The translations under genes and the position numbers were made by a program. The notes beneath the pieces were generated by a model, which saw only the letters and a program-made list of their open reading frames with translations, did not search any database and was not told the DNA's origin. Shown here in pieces: positions 1-9,652 of a stretch of 64,000 bases of DNA. Source of the stretch: an uncultured Gemmatimonadales bacterium (lineage in GTDB: Bacteria > Gemmatimonadota > Gemmatimonadetes > Longimicrobiales > RSA9); assembly GCA_963798845.1 (NCBI GenBank), contig CAWCUS010000002.1, forward strand, positions 736,001 to 800,000, in the 5' to 3' direction. Within the stretch, counting starts at the first letter, position 1, and each line of letters begins with the position of its first letter.

Positions 1-111
1 TGCGAGACGGAGCGAGCCGCGGCCGAAGTGCTCTCGCTCCCGATGTACCCGCATCTGGAGCCGGAGTCGGTGGACTACGTGACCGATCAGCTGTCGCGGC
101 GGATCGGCTGA
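1..111 (+). CDS. 3' end of DegT/DnrJ/EryC1/StrS aminotransferase (partial)
   Basis: Frame 1 reads ETERAAAEVLSLPMYPHLEPESVDYV, the typical DegT C-terminal motif. Stop TGA at 109-111. Confidence 0.8.
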   Translation, partial: CETERAAAEVLSLPMYPHLEPESVDYVTDQLSRRIG

Positions 112-115
112 GGCC

Positions 116-1588
116 GTGAGCGCAGGGGCCCTGGAGCGGACGAATGCCGGACCGCGCCCCGGCCCAGCGAGCGAGAGCGTGCTCGTCCGCCGGGCCGCCG
201 TCGCCCTGGCCGTCGTGCTGGTGGCTTGGGCCGTCGTCGCGCTGGGCCGGCTCGGCCCCGGGCGACAGGAGGCTGCGGTGGTGGGGCTCGCCGTGGCGCT
301 CCCCGCACTCCTGGTGTTTCTCGCCCGCCCCCTTTACGGTCTGGCGTTCTACCTTCTCGTTCTGCCGCTCGTCAGCACGGGCGACGTGGTGGGGGGCCTG
401 AACGGGGGGGAGACGCTCACTCTCGGCGCGCTCGCGGTGGGCCTGGCCACGATCGGCGCCTCGCCTCGCCGCTTCCCGGAGGGGGTGCGCGCGCTCTCTC
501 CGGTGCTGGCGCCGCTCGGGGGGCTCGCGGTCGTGAGCGTGCTGTCGCTGGTGGCGAACGGCGTGAGCGCCCCCGCCGACATCCTCTCGGCGCTCCTGAA
601 GATCGTGGCGTTCGGGCTGGTGTCCGTGCTCGTCTACCTGTACGCGGGCACGGAGCGGGGCTGGCGCGTGATGCTCGGGGCCATCCTGGTCGGCGCGTTC
701 CTGGAAGCCCTGTACAGCATCGTGACCTACTCACTGGGGCTGGACTACTACCAGCTCTATGGATACAACCGGGCCTCCGGCACGTTCTTCACGTTCAACT
801 ACCTGGGCGCGTTCATGGCGCTCACGTCCGTGCCCACGCTGGCGCTGGCGCTCGCTCCGCGCGAGGGCGGCTGGCGGGGGACGCTCCTTCTGGCGTTCTC
901 CCTGGAGATCGTCGCGCTCCTCCTGTCGCTCACCCTGGGATCCGTGCTCGCCCTGCTCGTGGCAGGGACCGTGGCGGGCGTGTTCCTGCTGCGGGTGCCG
1001 CTGCGGCGGCTCTTCGCGGGCGCGGGCGTGTTCCTGGTCGTCTTCGCCGGGGTGCTGGCGGCCAACCCGTTCCTCCAGGAGAAGCTCACCCGGATCGGCG
1101 AGCGGGTGGTCGACCGCCTCCTGACCTACTCCGCCGGCGTGGCCATGCTGCGCGACCATTTCTGGTTCGGCTTCGGCAGCGAGAGGCGGATGGTGGAGGC
1201 GTTCCTCTCCAGCACGGCGTACAGGGACACGCCATTCGGCATCGCGGGCGCGGTGGCGCACGCGTCGATGCTCACGGTGGGCGTCCAGAAGGGGATCTTC
1301 GGCGTGGTGTTCTTCGCCCTGCTGCTGGCGGGCGTGCTCCGGCTCCTCCTCCGGCACCGTCGCGTTCTGACCCGGAGCCGGCACGCGATCGTATACCAGG
1401 GACTGCTCGTCGGGACGCTCGCGTTCATGGTCCAGGACTTCACGAACAACCTCGTGCTCCACGCCCGGCTCGGGATCCTCTTCCTCTCGCTGGTCGCCCT
1501 GGTCGCGGCGCTGGGGGACCGCGCCACGCGGGAAGCGGCCGGTGCGGGTCCGGAGCAGGCACCGACCACGCCAGCCCATGCGCGGTGA
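116..1588 (+). CDS. O-antigen ligase / Wzy polymerase family membrane protein
   Basis: Many TM segments; RASGTF..FNYLG motif, a WFGFG segment and AHAS..TV..QKGIFG (Wzy_C-like H...G.G). Confidence 0.8.
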   Translation: MSAGALERTNAGPRPGPASESVLVRRAAVALAVVLVAWAVVALGRLGPGRQEAAVVGLAVALPALLVFLARPLYGLAFYLLVLPLVSTGDVVGGLNGGETLTLGALAVGLATIGASPRRFPEGVRALSPVLAPLGGLAVVSVLSLVANGVSAPADILSALLKIVAFGLVSVLVYLYAGTERGWRVMLGAILVGAFLEALYSIVTYSLGLDYYQLYGYNRASGTFFTFNYLGAFMALTSVPTLALALAPREGGWRGTLLLAFSLEIVALLLSLTLGSVLALLVAGTVAGVFLLRVPLRRLFAGAGVFLVVFAGVLAANPFLQEKLTRIGERVVDRLLTYSAGVAMLRDHFWFGFGSERRMVEAFLSSTAYRDTPFGIAGAVAHASMLTVGVQKGIFGVVFFALLLAGVLRLLLRHRRVLTRSRHAIVYQGLLVGTLAFMVQDFTNNLVLHARLGILFLSLVALVAALGDRATREAAGAGPEQAPTTPAHAR

Positions 1589-2597
1589 CGGGGGGCCGCG
1601 GGCGCTCGTGCTCACGAACATGTGGCCCACGGCCGGGGACCCGGCGCGCGGCACCTTCGTGTCCCGGCAGGTCGAGGATGTCCGCCTCGCCGCGCCGGAG
1701 TGGACGCTGGAGCTCATGCAGATCGACGGGCGCCGGGGGCGTCTGGAGTACGGGCGCGCGGTGACGCGGCTCCGTCGCCGGCTGCGAAGCGGTGCGTACG
1801 ACCTGGTCCACGCCCACTACGGCCTCACCGGCGCCGTGGCCGCGACCCAGCGAGACGCGCCGGTGGTGGTGACGCTGCATGGGAGCGACCTCAATATCCG
1901 GTGGCAGCGGCGGATCTCTCGCTTCGGCGTGTCCCGGGCCGCCGCGCGGATCTACGTCTCGGCACGGCTGCGGCGGCTGGATGGTGGGGACGGTGAGGTG
2001 ATCCCGTGCGGGGTGGACCTGGACGCGTTCCGGCCCGCGAGCCGGCACGCGGCCCGCGACAGGATCGGCGTCGATCCGGACGGCGTGGTGGTGCTATTTC
2101 CGGGCGATCCCGCCCGCCCGGTCAAGGACCACGCCCTGTTCCGGGCGACGCTGGGCGTCCTCCCACCCCGGTGGCGCGAGCGTGTCCGGCCGGCCACCCT
2201 CGGCGGCGTCCGACCGGAGGACGTCCCGCATCACCTGTGCGCCGCGGACGCCGTGCTGCTGACGTCGCGTTACGAGGGAGCGGGGTCGGTGGCGAAGGAG
2301 GCGGTGGCGTGCGGCGTGCCCATCGCCTCCGTGGACGTGGGCGACGTCGCGCACGCGGTCGCCGGCGTCCCCGGCTGCGCGGTGGCCGGGCGGGACCCCG
2401 GGTCGCTGGCGCGCGCCCTGGTGCGGGCGCTCGAGCTCGGCGCGGAGCCGGAGCCGGAGGGCGGGCAGCCGTCGGCCGCGCGCCAGCGTGTGGCCGGGGT
2501 CGGGCGGCAGCGGCTCATTGACCTGCGCATGGACGCCGGCAGCGTGGCGGCGAGGGTGCTGTCCGTGTACCGGCGCGTGGCGGGGGAGGCAACGTGA
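1578..2597 (+). CDS. Glycosyltransferase family 4
   Basis: N-terminal VLTNMWP..GTFV, VHAHYG, TLHGSD, and SRYEG..VAKEAVACGVP. The ATG overlaps the upstream gene end. Confidence 0.85.
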   Translation: MRGDGGPRALVLTNMWPTAGDPARGTFVSRQVEDVRLAAPEWTLELMQIDGRRGRLEYGRAVTRLRRRLRSGAYDLVHAHYGLTGAVAATQRDAPVVVTLHGSDLNIRWQRRISRFGVSRAAARIYVSARLRRLDGGDGEVIPCGVDLDAFRPASRHAARDRIGVDPDGVVVLFPGDPARPVKDHALFRATLGVLPPRWRERVRPATLGGVRPEDVPHHLCAADAVLLTSRYEGAGSVAKEAVACGVPIASVDVGDVAHAVAGVPGCAVAGRDPGSLARALVRALELGAEPEPEGGQPSAARQRVAGVGRQRLIDLRMDAGSVAARVLSVYRRVAGEAT

Positions 2598-4156
2598 GCC
2601 GAAGGCGCGCGACCCGATCGCGGCCGACCGGCCCGGGCTCTTCCCTGGAGGCGATGCCCGATCTCGCCCCGCTGGTGGCGCGAAACGCGGTGCTGAACCT
2701 GGGCGGGCTGGCAGTCCCGCTGGTGGTGGCGCTGGTGGCGGTGCCCGTCGTCGTCAACGGGCTCGGAACGGGCGGCTTCGGGCTCCTGTCGCTCATCTGG
2801 GTGATGCTGGGCTACATGGCTCTGCTCGACCTGGGGCTCGGGCGCGCCACCACCAAGTTCGCGGCCGAGGCGCTGGCGACGGGGGACCTGCGCACCGTGG
2901 CGGCCAGCGCACGCATCGCGGCGGCGCTGCAGCTGGCGCTCGGACTGGCGGCCGCCGCGGCGCTGGTCGCCGCGACGCCTGCCCTCGTTGGCCGGTTCCT
3001 CGACATCCCCGCGGCGCTCGCCGGGGAAGCGCGCAGGAGCTTCCGGTTCGTGGCCGCGGTCACCCCGGTGATCATGGTGACCAACACGTTTCGCGGCCTG
3101 CTGGAAGCGAAGCAGAGCTTCGGCGTGATCAACGCGGTGAAGATCCCGGTGGGCACGGCGAACTTCCTGGTCCCGATGGTGGGCGTGCTGGCCGGGTGGC
3201 CGCTGTCCACGATCGTCGCCGTGCTGCTGTCGGTGCGGGCGGTCGCGCTGGTCGTGTACGCCGCGGCTGCGCTGCGCGCGTTCCCTTCCGTGCTCCGGGG
3301 GGTCGAGGTCAGGGGCGCCGACCTCCGCGCACTGCTCGGGTTCGGCGGCTGGGTGACGGTCTCGGGGGTGGTCAGCCCGGTGCTGGTCTACGTGGACCGG
3401 TTCGTGGTGGGCGCGCTCCGCAGCGTCGAGGCCGTGGGTTACTACGCAGCCCCGCACGAGCTCATCCTCCGGCTGGCCATTCTGCCGTCCAGCGTGGCGT
3501 CGACGCTCTTCCCCGCGCTCAGCGCAACCGCCGGCGCCGGTCGGGAGGGGGAGACCGAGCGGCTGGTGGCGGGCGTGCTGAAGTTCCTGCTCATGGTCGC
3601 GGGTCCCGCGCTCGTGGTCCTCGGGTTCCTGGCCGGCGATGTCCTGACGCTGTGGCTGGGCGAGGCGTTCGCCGCGCGCGCGGCTCCGGCGCTCCGCCTC
3701 TTCACCGTCGGGATGGCGGCCAACGTCCTTGCGTACGTGCCCGCGGTGCTGCTCCCGGCAGCCGGCCGCCCTGACGTGCCGGCGAAGCTGCACCTGGCGG
3801 AGCTCCCGGTCTACCTTCCGGTTCTCTGGCTCCTGGCCGCGCGCTGGGGCGTGACCGGAGCGGCGGCCGCGTGGGCGCTGCGGATGTTCGTGGACGCGGT
3901 GCTGCTGTTCGTCGCGGCCGTGCGGGTGGGCCTGATCCGCCCCTCCGTCATCGCGCCGTCTCTCCGACCGGCCGCGGGGTGGGTGGGCGCCCTCGCGCTG
4001 GCCACGGCCGCCGTGTCGGCGTGGCCGGGGGCGCCGCTCGCGCGACTGGCCGCCGTGGCCGGGATGCTGCTCCTCATGGCCGTGGTCGCGTGGCGCGTGC
4101 TCCTTTCCGCAGCCGAGCGCTCCACGCTCTTCCTCGCCCTGCGGGTGTCGCGATGA
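2594..4156 (+). CDS. wzx: Wzx-type oligosaccharide flippase
   Basis: RNAVLN, LGTGGFG, DLGLGRA, DRFVVG..VGYY motifs; multi-TM; GTGA overlap with upstream gene. Confidence 0.85.
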   Translation: MSRRRATRSRPTGPGSSLEAMPDLAPLVARNAVLNLGGLAVPLVVALVAVPVVVNGLGTGGFGLLSLIWVMLGYMALLDLGLGRATTKFAAEALATGDLRTVAASARIAAALQLALGLAAAAALVAATPALVGRFLDIPAALAGEARRSFRFVAAVTPVIMVTNTFRGLLEAKQSFGVINAVKIPVGTANFLVPMVGVLAGWPLSTIVAVLLSVRAVALVVYAAAALRAFPSVLRGVEVRGADLRALLGFGGWVTVSGVVSPVLVYVDRFVVGALRSVEAVGYYAAPHELILRLAILPSSVASTLFPALSATAGAGREGETERLVAGVLKFLLMVAGPALVVLGFLAGDVLTLWLGEAFAARAAPALRLFTVGMAANVLAYVPAVLLPAAGRPDVPAKLHLAELPVYLPVLWLLAARWGVTGAAAAWALRMFVDAVLLFVAAVRVGLIRPSVIAPSLRPAAGWVGALALATAAVSAWPGAPLARLAAVAGMLLLMAVVAWRVLLSAAERSTLFLALRVSR

Positions 4157-5371
4157 GCGGCCCGGATCCGCGGACCGGCCGGCTCCTGATCATCGTGGAG
4201 AACCTCCCGGTGCCGTACGACGTCCGGGTGTGGAAGGAGGCGCGAACGCTCCGGGACGCCGGCTGGGAGGTGAGCGTGATCTCGCCGGCCCGCGAGGGCT
4301 ACCCGGCCGGCCGCCACAGGATCGACGGGATCGACGTCCACCGGCACCCAATGCCGCCGGAGCGAAGCTCCAGGCTGGACTACGTTCGGGAGTACTCCAG
4401 CGCTCTCTTCCACGAGGCGCGGCTGGCGCGTCGGATCTGGAGGGAGCGTGGCTTCGACGTGGTCCAGATCTGCAATCCGCCGGACCTGCTCTTCCTGGTC
4501 GCCGGGTGGTACAAGCTGAGGCACGGCGTGCGGGTGGTGTTCGACCATCACCGACCTCTCCCCCGAGCTGTTCGCCTGGAAGTTCCCGCGCAGCCGCTGG
4601 CTCCGACCCGTCCTCGCGCTGGCGGAGCGGCTCACGTTCCGCGTGGCCGACCGCGTGCTCAGCACCAACGAGTCGTTCAGGGAGGTGGCGGTGTGGCGTG
4701 GCGGGAAGGCGCCGGACCGCGTGCACGTGGTCATGAACGGCCCGGACCTGGCCGCCTTCCCGGAGCCGAGGTGGCCGCCCGCCGGGGCCGGCGACCCGCC
4801 GTGCCTGGTGGGCTACATCGGCCACATCGACACCCAGTACGGGATCGACGAGCTGCTCCTCGCCGCGGCGCACCTGGTGCACGGACGCGGCCGCGACGAC
4901 CTGCGCTTCAGGGTGGTCGGCGGCGGCCCGCTTCGGGCGGAGAAGGAAGCGCTGGCGAGGGAGCTGGGACTCGAGCGCCACGTCGAGTTCACCGGAGCGC
5001 TCCCCCAGCCGGAAGCGATCCGCCTTCTCTCGGAGTGCCGGATCGGCGTGGTCCCGGCGCCGGCCACGACGGCGAGCGATCGCATGACCCATGTAAAGAC
5101 GCTGGAGTACATGGCGCTCGGGATCCCGGTCGTGCAGTACGACCGCACCGAAGGGCGCCGGGCGGCCGCGGATGCAGCGCTCTACGCCCGCCCCGGCGAC
5201 GTGCACGACTTCGCCGACCGTATCGGGTGGCTGGCGGATCACCCGGAGGAGGCGCGCAGCATGGGCCGGCGCGGGCGGCGCCGCGTGGAGGAGCGCTACG
5301 CCTGGGCGCACCAAGCCGAGCGGCTGCGCATGGCGTATCGGGTGGTGCGGTCCGAGCTGGAGCCGCGGTGA
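4153..5371 (+). CDS. Glycosyltransferase family 4 (WbuB-like), with a +1 frameshift at ~4552
   Basis: VENLPVPYDVRVWKEA, CNPPD and VFDHH lie in one frame; DLSPEL...KTLEYMALGIPVV continues in the next frame after an extra C (cac-c-gac). Confidence 0.85.
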
Positions 5372-6462
5372 GCGCCGTGGCCTCGTCACCCGTCCCGGTG
5401 AGCGTCGTGATCCCGTACTACGGCGGGGCAGAGACCGTGGGCCGCGCGCTGGCGTCTCTGGCGCGTCAGACGCGGCCGCCCGCGCAGGTAGTGGTCGTGG
5501 ATGACGGCTCTCCGGAGCCGCTGAATCCATCCGCGCTTCCCTCCCTCCCGGGGCTGACCACGCTGCGGCACGAGGAGAACCGCGGCATCCCGGCAGCCCG
5601 GAACACAGGCCTGGGTGCCGCGACGCAGCCGTGGGTCGGATTCCTCGACCAGGACGACGAGTGGGCGCCGGACAAGCTGGAGCGCCAATGGAGGGTGGTG
5701 GCTTCGCGTGGCGCGGGGCGCGGCGTCCGGCCGGCAACCGGAGGCGGACGGCCGGTGCCCGGCGCGGCCAGCGAGGACGGCGGCGCCGGCCAGGAGGGTG
5801 GCACCGAGCCCGAGGCGGGAGTGGTGGTTTTCGGCCGGCTTCTCGTGGACGTGACCGGGGAGCGGCCGCGGCTCAGGCCGCCGCGGGCCGCGATCCGGGC
5901 GCTGGAAGCCGGCGGCGACGCCGCGATCCGCACCTTCATCCGCCACGGCAACACGCTCCCGCTCATCACGCTCCTGGCCCCTCGCGCCGTGCTCCGGCGG
6001 CACGGCGGCTTCGACGAGTCGCTGACCGGCGGAGCCGACGACACCGAGCTGGTGCTCCGGCTGCTGGCGGAGGGCGTCCCGTTCCGCCACGCCCCGTGCC
6101 GCGACGGCTGGTGCGCCCGCCACCACGTGACGGGGGCGAACTACTCGGCGGACCCCACCCGCTGGGCCGGCGACCACCTGGCCTTCATCCCCCGGCTCGC
6201 CCGACGCTACCGGGCGATCGCGGCCGTGCGCGACCCGCTGCTTGCCGGGACCCACTTCGTCCTCGGCCGCCACCACGCCGCCGACGGATCGCGGGACGCG
6301 GCGCTGGAGTCCCTGGCCCGGGCTTCGCGCCTGGACCCGTGGTGGTGGAAGCCACGCGCGGCCAGGCTGGCGCTGCGCATGCCGGCGTCCTGGGCGGACG
6401 CGCTCGAACGCGCCTGGCGTCGGGTGGAGCGCGCGGCGCGCGAGCGTCCGCTCGTCGGATGA
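5368..6462 (+). CDS. Glycosyltransferase family 2
   Basis: VSVVIPYY, VVVVDDGS, NRGIPAARNTG, FLDQDD, GGFDE. GTG start overlaps the upstream stop. Confidence 0.85.
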   Translation: MSAVASSPVPVSVVIPYYGGAETVGRALASLARQTRPPAQVVVVDDGSPEPLNPSALPSLPGLTTLRHEENRGIPAARNTGLGAATQPWVGFLDQDDEWAPDKLERQWRVVASRGAGRGVRPATGGGRPVPGAASEDGGAGQEGGTEPEAGVVVFGRLLVDVTGERPRLRPPRAAIRALEAGGDAAIRTFIRHGNTLPLITLLAPRAVLRRHGGFDESLTGGADDTELVLRLLAEGVPFRHAPCRDGWCARHHVTGANYSADPTRWAGDHLAFIPRLARRYRAIAAVRDPLLAGTHFVLGRHHAADGSRDAALESLARASRLDPWWWKPRAARLALRMPASWADALERAWRRVERAARERPLVG

Positions 6463-6486
6463 CGGCGGCGAGCGGGGCGTCGCCCG

Positions 6487-7707
6487 CTACGGGCTGACGG
6501 GCACCGGGGTGTTGCGGTCGATGCCGGTCCCGTCGCCCACCTGACCGTACCTGTTGCTTCCCCAGCAGAAGAGGCGCTCCTCCTGCGTTATGGCACACGT
6601 GTGCTTCGCGCCGGCGGTGACCTCGAGGACGCGCCCCGGAAGCGGGACGGGACGCGGCGACGACTCGTCGTTCCAGCTGCCGATCCCGAGCTGCCCGGCG
6701 TCGTTGTTCCCCCAGCAGTAGAGCTGACCGCTACCGGCGATGGCGCACGTGTGGTCGGCGGCGGCACTCACAGCCACGGCCGGCTCGGGCATGAGCGTGA
6801 CCTGCGGGGCGTAGCGCGTGCCGTTGTTCCCGGCCCCGAGGCGGCCGTCGTTGCCCCAGCCCCAGCAGTAAACGGTTCCGTCCACCGCCAGGCCGCACGT
6901 GTGCTCGCCCGCGGCCACAATGCTCGTGTAGCGGTGACCGCCCGCGACCGGCGCGGGGGTGAAGGAGTCCCGGTCCGTGCCCGTGCCCAGCCGGCCGATG
7001 ACCCCGCTCCCCCAGCAGTATGCGGCGCCGTCCGCCGTCACCGCGCAGGTGTGTCCGGTGCCCGTGGAGATGGCGGTGAAGTGCAGGTCGCCGGCCACCG
7101 GCGACGGCAGCGAGTGGGGCTCGTCGTCCTTCGTGCCGGTGCCGAGCTGCCCGGCGAGGTTCCACCCCCAGCAGTATGCGCGGCCGTCCGCTGCCAGCCC
7201 GCACGTGTGGTCGCGGGCCGCCGTGACCGCGACGAAATCGTAGCCCACCTCGGCGGGGACGGGCTGGACGCTGCACAGGAACGGCTCGTAGTCGGCGCAG
7301 CGGTAGATGAGGCGGCCTCCATCCCCCAGCTGCCCGAAGCGGTCCTGCCCCCAGCAGTAGGGCCGTCCCCAGGCGATCCCGCACGTGTGGGCCTCGCCGG
7401 TCGCCAGGACGGTGAAGGGGAGGTCCTCCTCCAGCCGCACCGGAGTGTCGCAGGTGCGGCCGTCGCACCCGGCCACGTCGCTACCGCCCGCGTGGCCGAG
7501 GCGCCCGTTGGCCACGTTTCCCCAGCAGAACGTGCCGGCGTCGGCGGTCACGGCGCACGTGTGGCTGTCGCCGGCCGCGACCTCAATGAAGCGGTGGGCG
7601 GGCGACAGCTCGGGCGCGACGGGTCGCCGCTCGCAGCCGACCAGGGCGGCGGCCACGGCGGCGACCGCGGCCACGGGGACCGGGCAGCGGAGGCAGGGAA
7701 GCGTCAC
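6487..7707 (-). CDS. RCC1-repeat (7-blade beta-propeller) lipoprotein
   Basis: Seven HTC-x(7-8)-(Y/F)CWG repeats, most followed by GQLG/GRLG; lipobox LVGC after a hydrophobic stretch. Confidence 0.9.
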   Translation of the reverse strand: MTLPCLRCPVPVAAVAAVAAALVGCERRPVAPELSPAHRFIEVAAGDSHTCAVTADAGTFCWGNVANGRLGHAGGSDVAGCDGRTCDTPVRLEEDLPFTVLATGEAHTCGIAWGRPYCWGQDRFGQLGDGGRLIYRCADYEPFLCSVQPVPAEVGYDFVAVTAARDHTCGLAADGRAYCWGWNLAGQLGTGTKDDEPHSLPSPVAGDLHFTAISTGTGHTCAVTADGAAYCWGSGVIGRLGTGTDRDSFTPAPVAGGHRYTSIVAAGEHTCGLAVDGTVYCWGWGNDGRLGAGNNGTRYAPQVTLMPEPAVAVSAAADHTCAIAGSGQLYCWGNNDAGQLGIGSWNDESSPRPVPLPGRVLEVTAGAKHTCAITQEERLFCWGSNRYGQVGDGTGIDRNTPVPVSP

Positions 7708-9389
7708 GGCGAGGCGCGAGCGTGGCCGGGGAGCCAGGAGAGGCTCAGCCCGATCGTCCAGTTGTGGTCGTCGCGGAGGAAGTCGCGGTTGTAGCGAAAG
7801 CTGCGCGCCACCTCCCCCGTGATCCTGAAGTCGCGGACGAACACCAGCCCCCGGATGCCGCCGATGATCTCCGTGTCGTGCTCGTACGGGGACCAGCGTC
7901 GCGCGGCAATGGCGGGGGCGGCGAGATCGCGGCGCCGTACGCGCTCCACGAACGCGCCCCCGGTGCCGGTGGCCGAGCCCGCATCGAAGAGCGCATCGAG
8001 GGCGAGGAACTGGGCGTCGCCGCCGGGGCCGATCCCTGCACCCAGGAGCTGACCGCGGTAGGTGTAGCCCTGTCGGACTGCGGCGTGGATGTAGTAGACC
8101 GGGATCGGGCGGCTGCCGGTGCGCAGCTCCCCCTTCTCCTGGAGCGCCACCAGCTCGCCGTGGACGCGCAGCGCCAGGCGTTCGCTCATGCCGGTCACCT
8201 TCTGGAAGCCGACCGTGTACGCCTGCGAGTGGTCCGGCTCCTGGAGGAGCTCGTTCCAGTCGAGGAAGCGGTCATCGCGGGCCCACTCGCCGTACACCTC
8301 GGCGCCCGCCTCCCGGAACACCCAGCGGCCGTACAGGGAGGTGAGGTCGTTCCCCGGCCGGTTCCCGGCGCCGACGAAGCTTGTCACCGTCTTCCACGCA
8401 TCCCCGAGTCCGTTCCCGGTCGGGGCGTACATGTAGCTGCGGGTCACGCCAAGGGTGAGCCCCGGGAACGGGCGAGGCGAGAAGTCGACGGCCCAGTTCA
8501 CCAGGTCGTTCCGGTCGTTGCCGGGGTCTTGGTCGAAGTACGGCGATTCCGTCAGACGTCCCCACACGAGCTCCGCCTGCAGCCGCCCGATCCAGATGTC
8601 CACGCCCCGGGACGTGCCGAAGAACGCGTGCGGGAACCCGCCCGCCGTGTTGCTCAGGATGATCGGGTAGCGCAGCGCGGGTCCTCGCCAGAGGCTCTCC
8701 GTGGAAACGCCCGCCGTGGCCCAGCCCACGTCCACGCGCGCGTAGCTGTCGCCCGGGACGAGACGGGTGAACGGGTCCGGTCCGAAGCGAGCGGGGAGAT
8801 CGATCACGCTTCCGTAGACCGGGTCCGCGTACGGCGAGATCCCGACCCGCGGCTGCTCGGGCCGGTCGAAGTCCCGGTTCTGCTGGTAGAGGAGCTCCGG
8901 CCTGGCTACCACGGTGAGGGGGCCCAGGCGGATACCGGCGCCGATGCGGGCCAGCCCGTTGAGACCGCGGCCGGCCCACAGCGCGCCGTTGTTCCGGTCG
9001 TCCGGGTAGGTGGTCCGCTCCAGCAGCTCCGCGTCCACCGGGAACAGCCGGGTTTCCAGGGTCCCGCGCAGGTGCACCCAGCCGGCGGTGCCCCGCTGCT
9101 CACTGCCGGGCCGCCGGAGGGTCCGCGGCCGCGGACGAAGACAGCCGGTGATCTCCGCGAGGCGTACGAGCTCGTCCATGGGCGAGGCGATCGACGGGGC
9201 CCAGGCCTCGCCGGCGCGGGCGCACAGCGGACGCGGGAGCGTTGCGCGCGCTCGCGTGGCGTCCTGGGCGGCGATCGGGCCGGGAAGCAGCGCCAGGAGC
9301 ACGAGCGCGAGCGGGATCCGGCGCGCGCGCTCACGGAGCCAGCGGGACGTCGTCATGCGAATAGCCGTCGGCCGGTCGTCATCAGGCAT
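7704..9389 (-). CDS. wzi: Capsule assembly Wzi-family outer-membrane beta-barrel
   Basis: Signal peptide ending IAAQ; STESLWRGP...IILSNTAGGFPH, EVYGEWARDD, GQLLGAGIGPGG; terminal beta-strand IGLSLSW. Start may be 9356. Confidence 0.7.
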   Translation of the reverse strand: MPDDDRPTAIRMTTSRWLRERARRIPLALVLLALLPGPIAAQDATRARATLPRPLCARAGEAWAPSIASPMDELVRLAEITGCLRPRPRTLRRPGSEQRGTAGWVHLRGTLETRLFPVDAELLERTTYPDDRNNGALWAGRGLNGLARIGAGIRLGPLTVVARPELLYQQNRDFDRPEQPRVGISPYADPVYGSVIDLPARFGPDPFTRLVPGDSYARVDVGWATAGVSTESLWRGPALRYPIILSNTAGGFPHAFFGTSRGVDIWIGRLQAELVWGRLTESPYFDQDPGNDRNDLVNWAVDFSPRPFPGLTLGVTRSYMYAPTGNGLGDAWKTVTSFVGAGNRPGNDLTSLYGRWVFREAGAEVYGEWARDDRFLDWNELLQEPDHSQAYTVGFQKVTGMSERLALRVHGELVALQEKGELRTGSRPIPVYYIHAAVRQGYTYRGQLLGAGIGPGGDAQFLALDALFDAGSATGTGGAFVERVRRRDLAAPAIAARRWSPYEHDTEIIGGIRGLVFVRDFRITGEVARSFRYNRDFLRDDHNWTIGLSLSWLPGHARASP

Positions 9390-9586
9390 TCCAGTTCCGC
9401 GTCTCTGGCCGCGAGATCGCGGCGCCGCCAGTGCCGCCGCAGGCCGGGCAACATCGGGGCCAGCCAGCTCCTCTCCGGAGCGAGCCGCCGGTCGCGTGCC
9501 CGCCTGCCGTTCGTGCTCGCCGGCGGAGCGGCACGGCCCTCGCGTGGGACGCCCCGTGGAGGCGGAATCACATCTGCCTCAGCACG

Positions 9587-9626
9587 GGCCGGGTGGACCG
9601 GTCGTCGGCCGGGCGGACCGGTCATC
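9587..9626. repeat. Tandem 20-bp direct repeat, each copy containing the GACCGGTC palindrome
   Basis: GGCCGGGTGGACCGGTCGTC then GGCCGGGCGGACCGGTCATC (18/20 identical), in the divergent intergenic region. Confidence 0.7.
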
Positions 9627-9652
9627 GCGCGCATCCCGGACGTCGCACGGGC

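Noticed and set aside
4545..4565. Programmed frameshift or phase-variable tract in GT4
   Set aside because: There is no long homopolymer or slippery heptamer at the site, and the same +1 pattern occurs in secA, which points to sequence error.
3871..6462. 863-aa ORF that looks like a GT4-GT2 fusion
   Set aside because: It is an artefact of the +1 frameshift at ~4552, which joins the GT4 N-terminus to the GT2 frame through a nonsense middle section.
6487..7570. Periodic DNA repeats (cccagcagta, gcacgtgtg) resembling an array
   Set aside because: They are explained by the RCC1 protein repeats. They are not CRISPR: the repeats are short, degenerate and coding.
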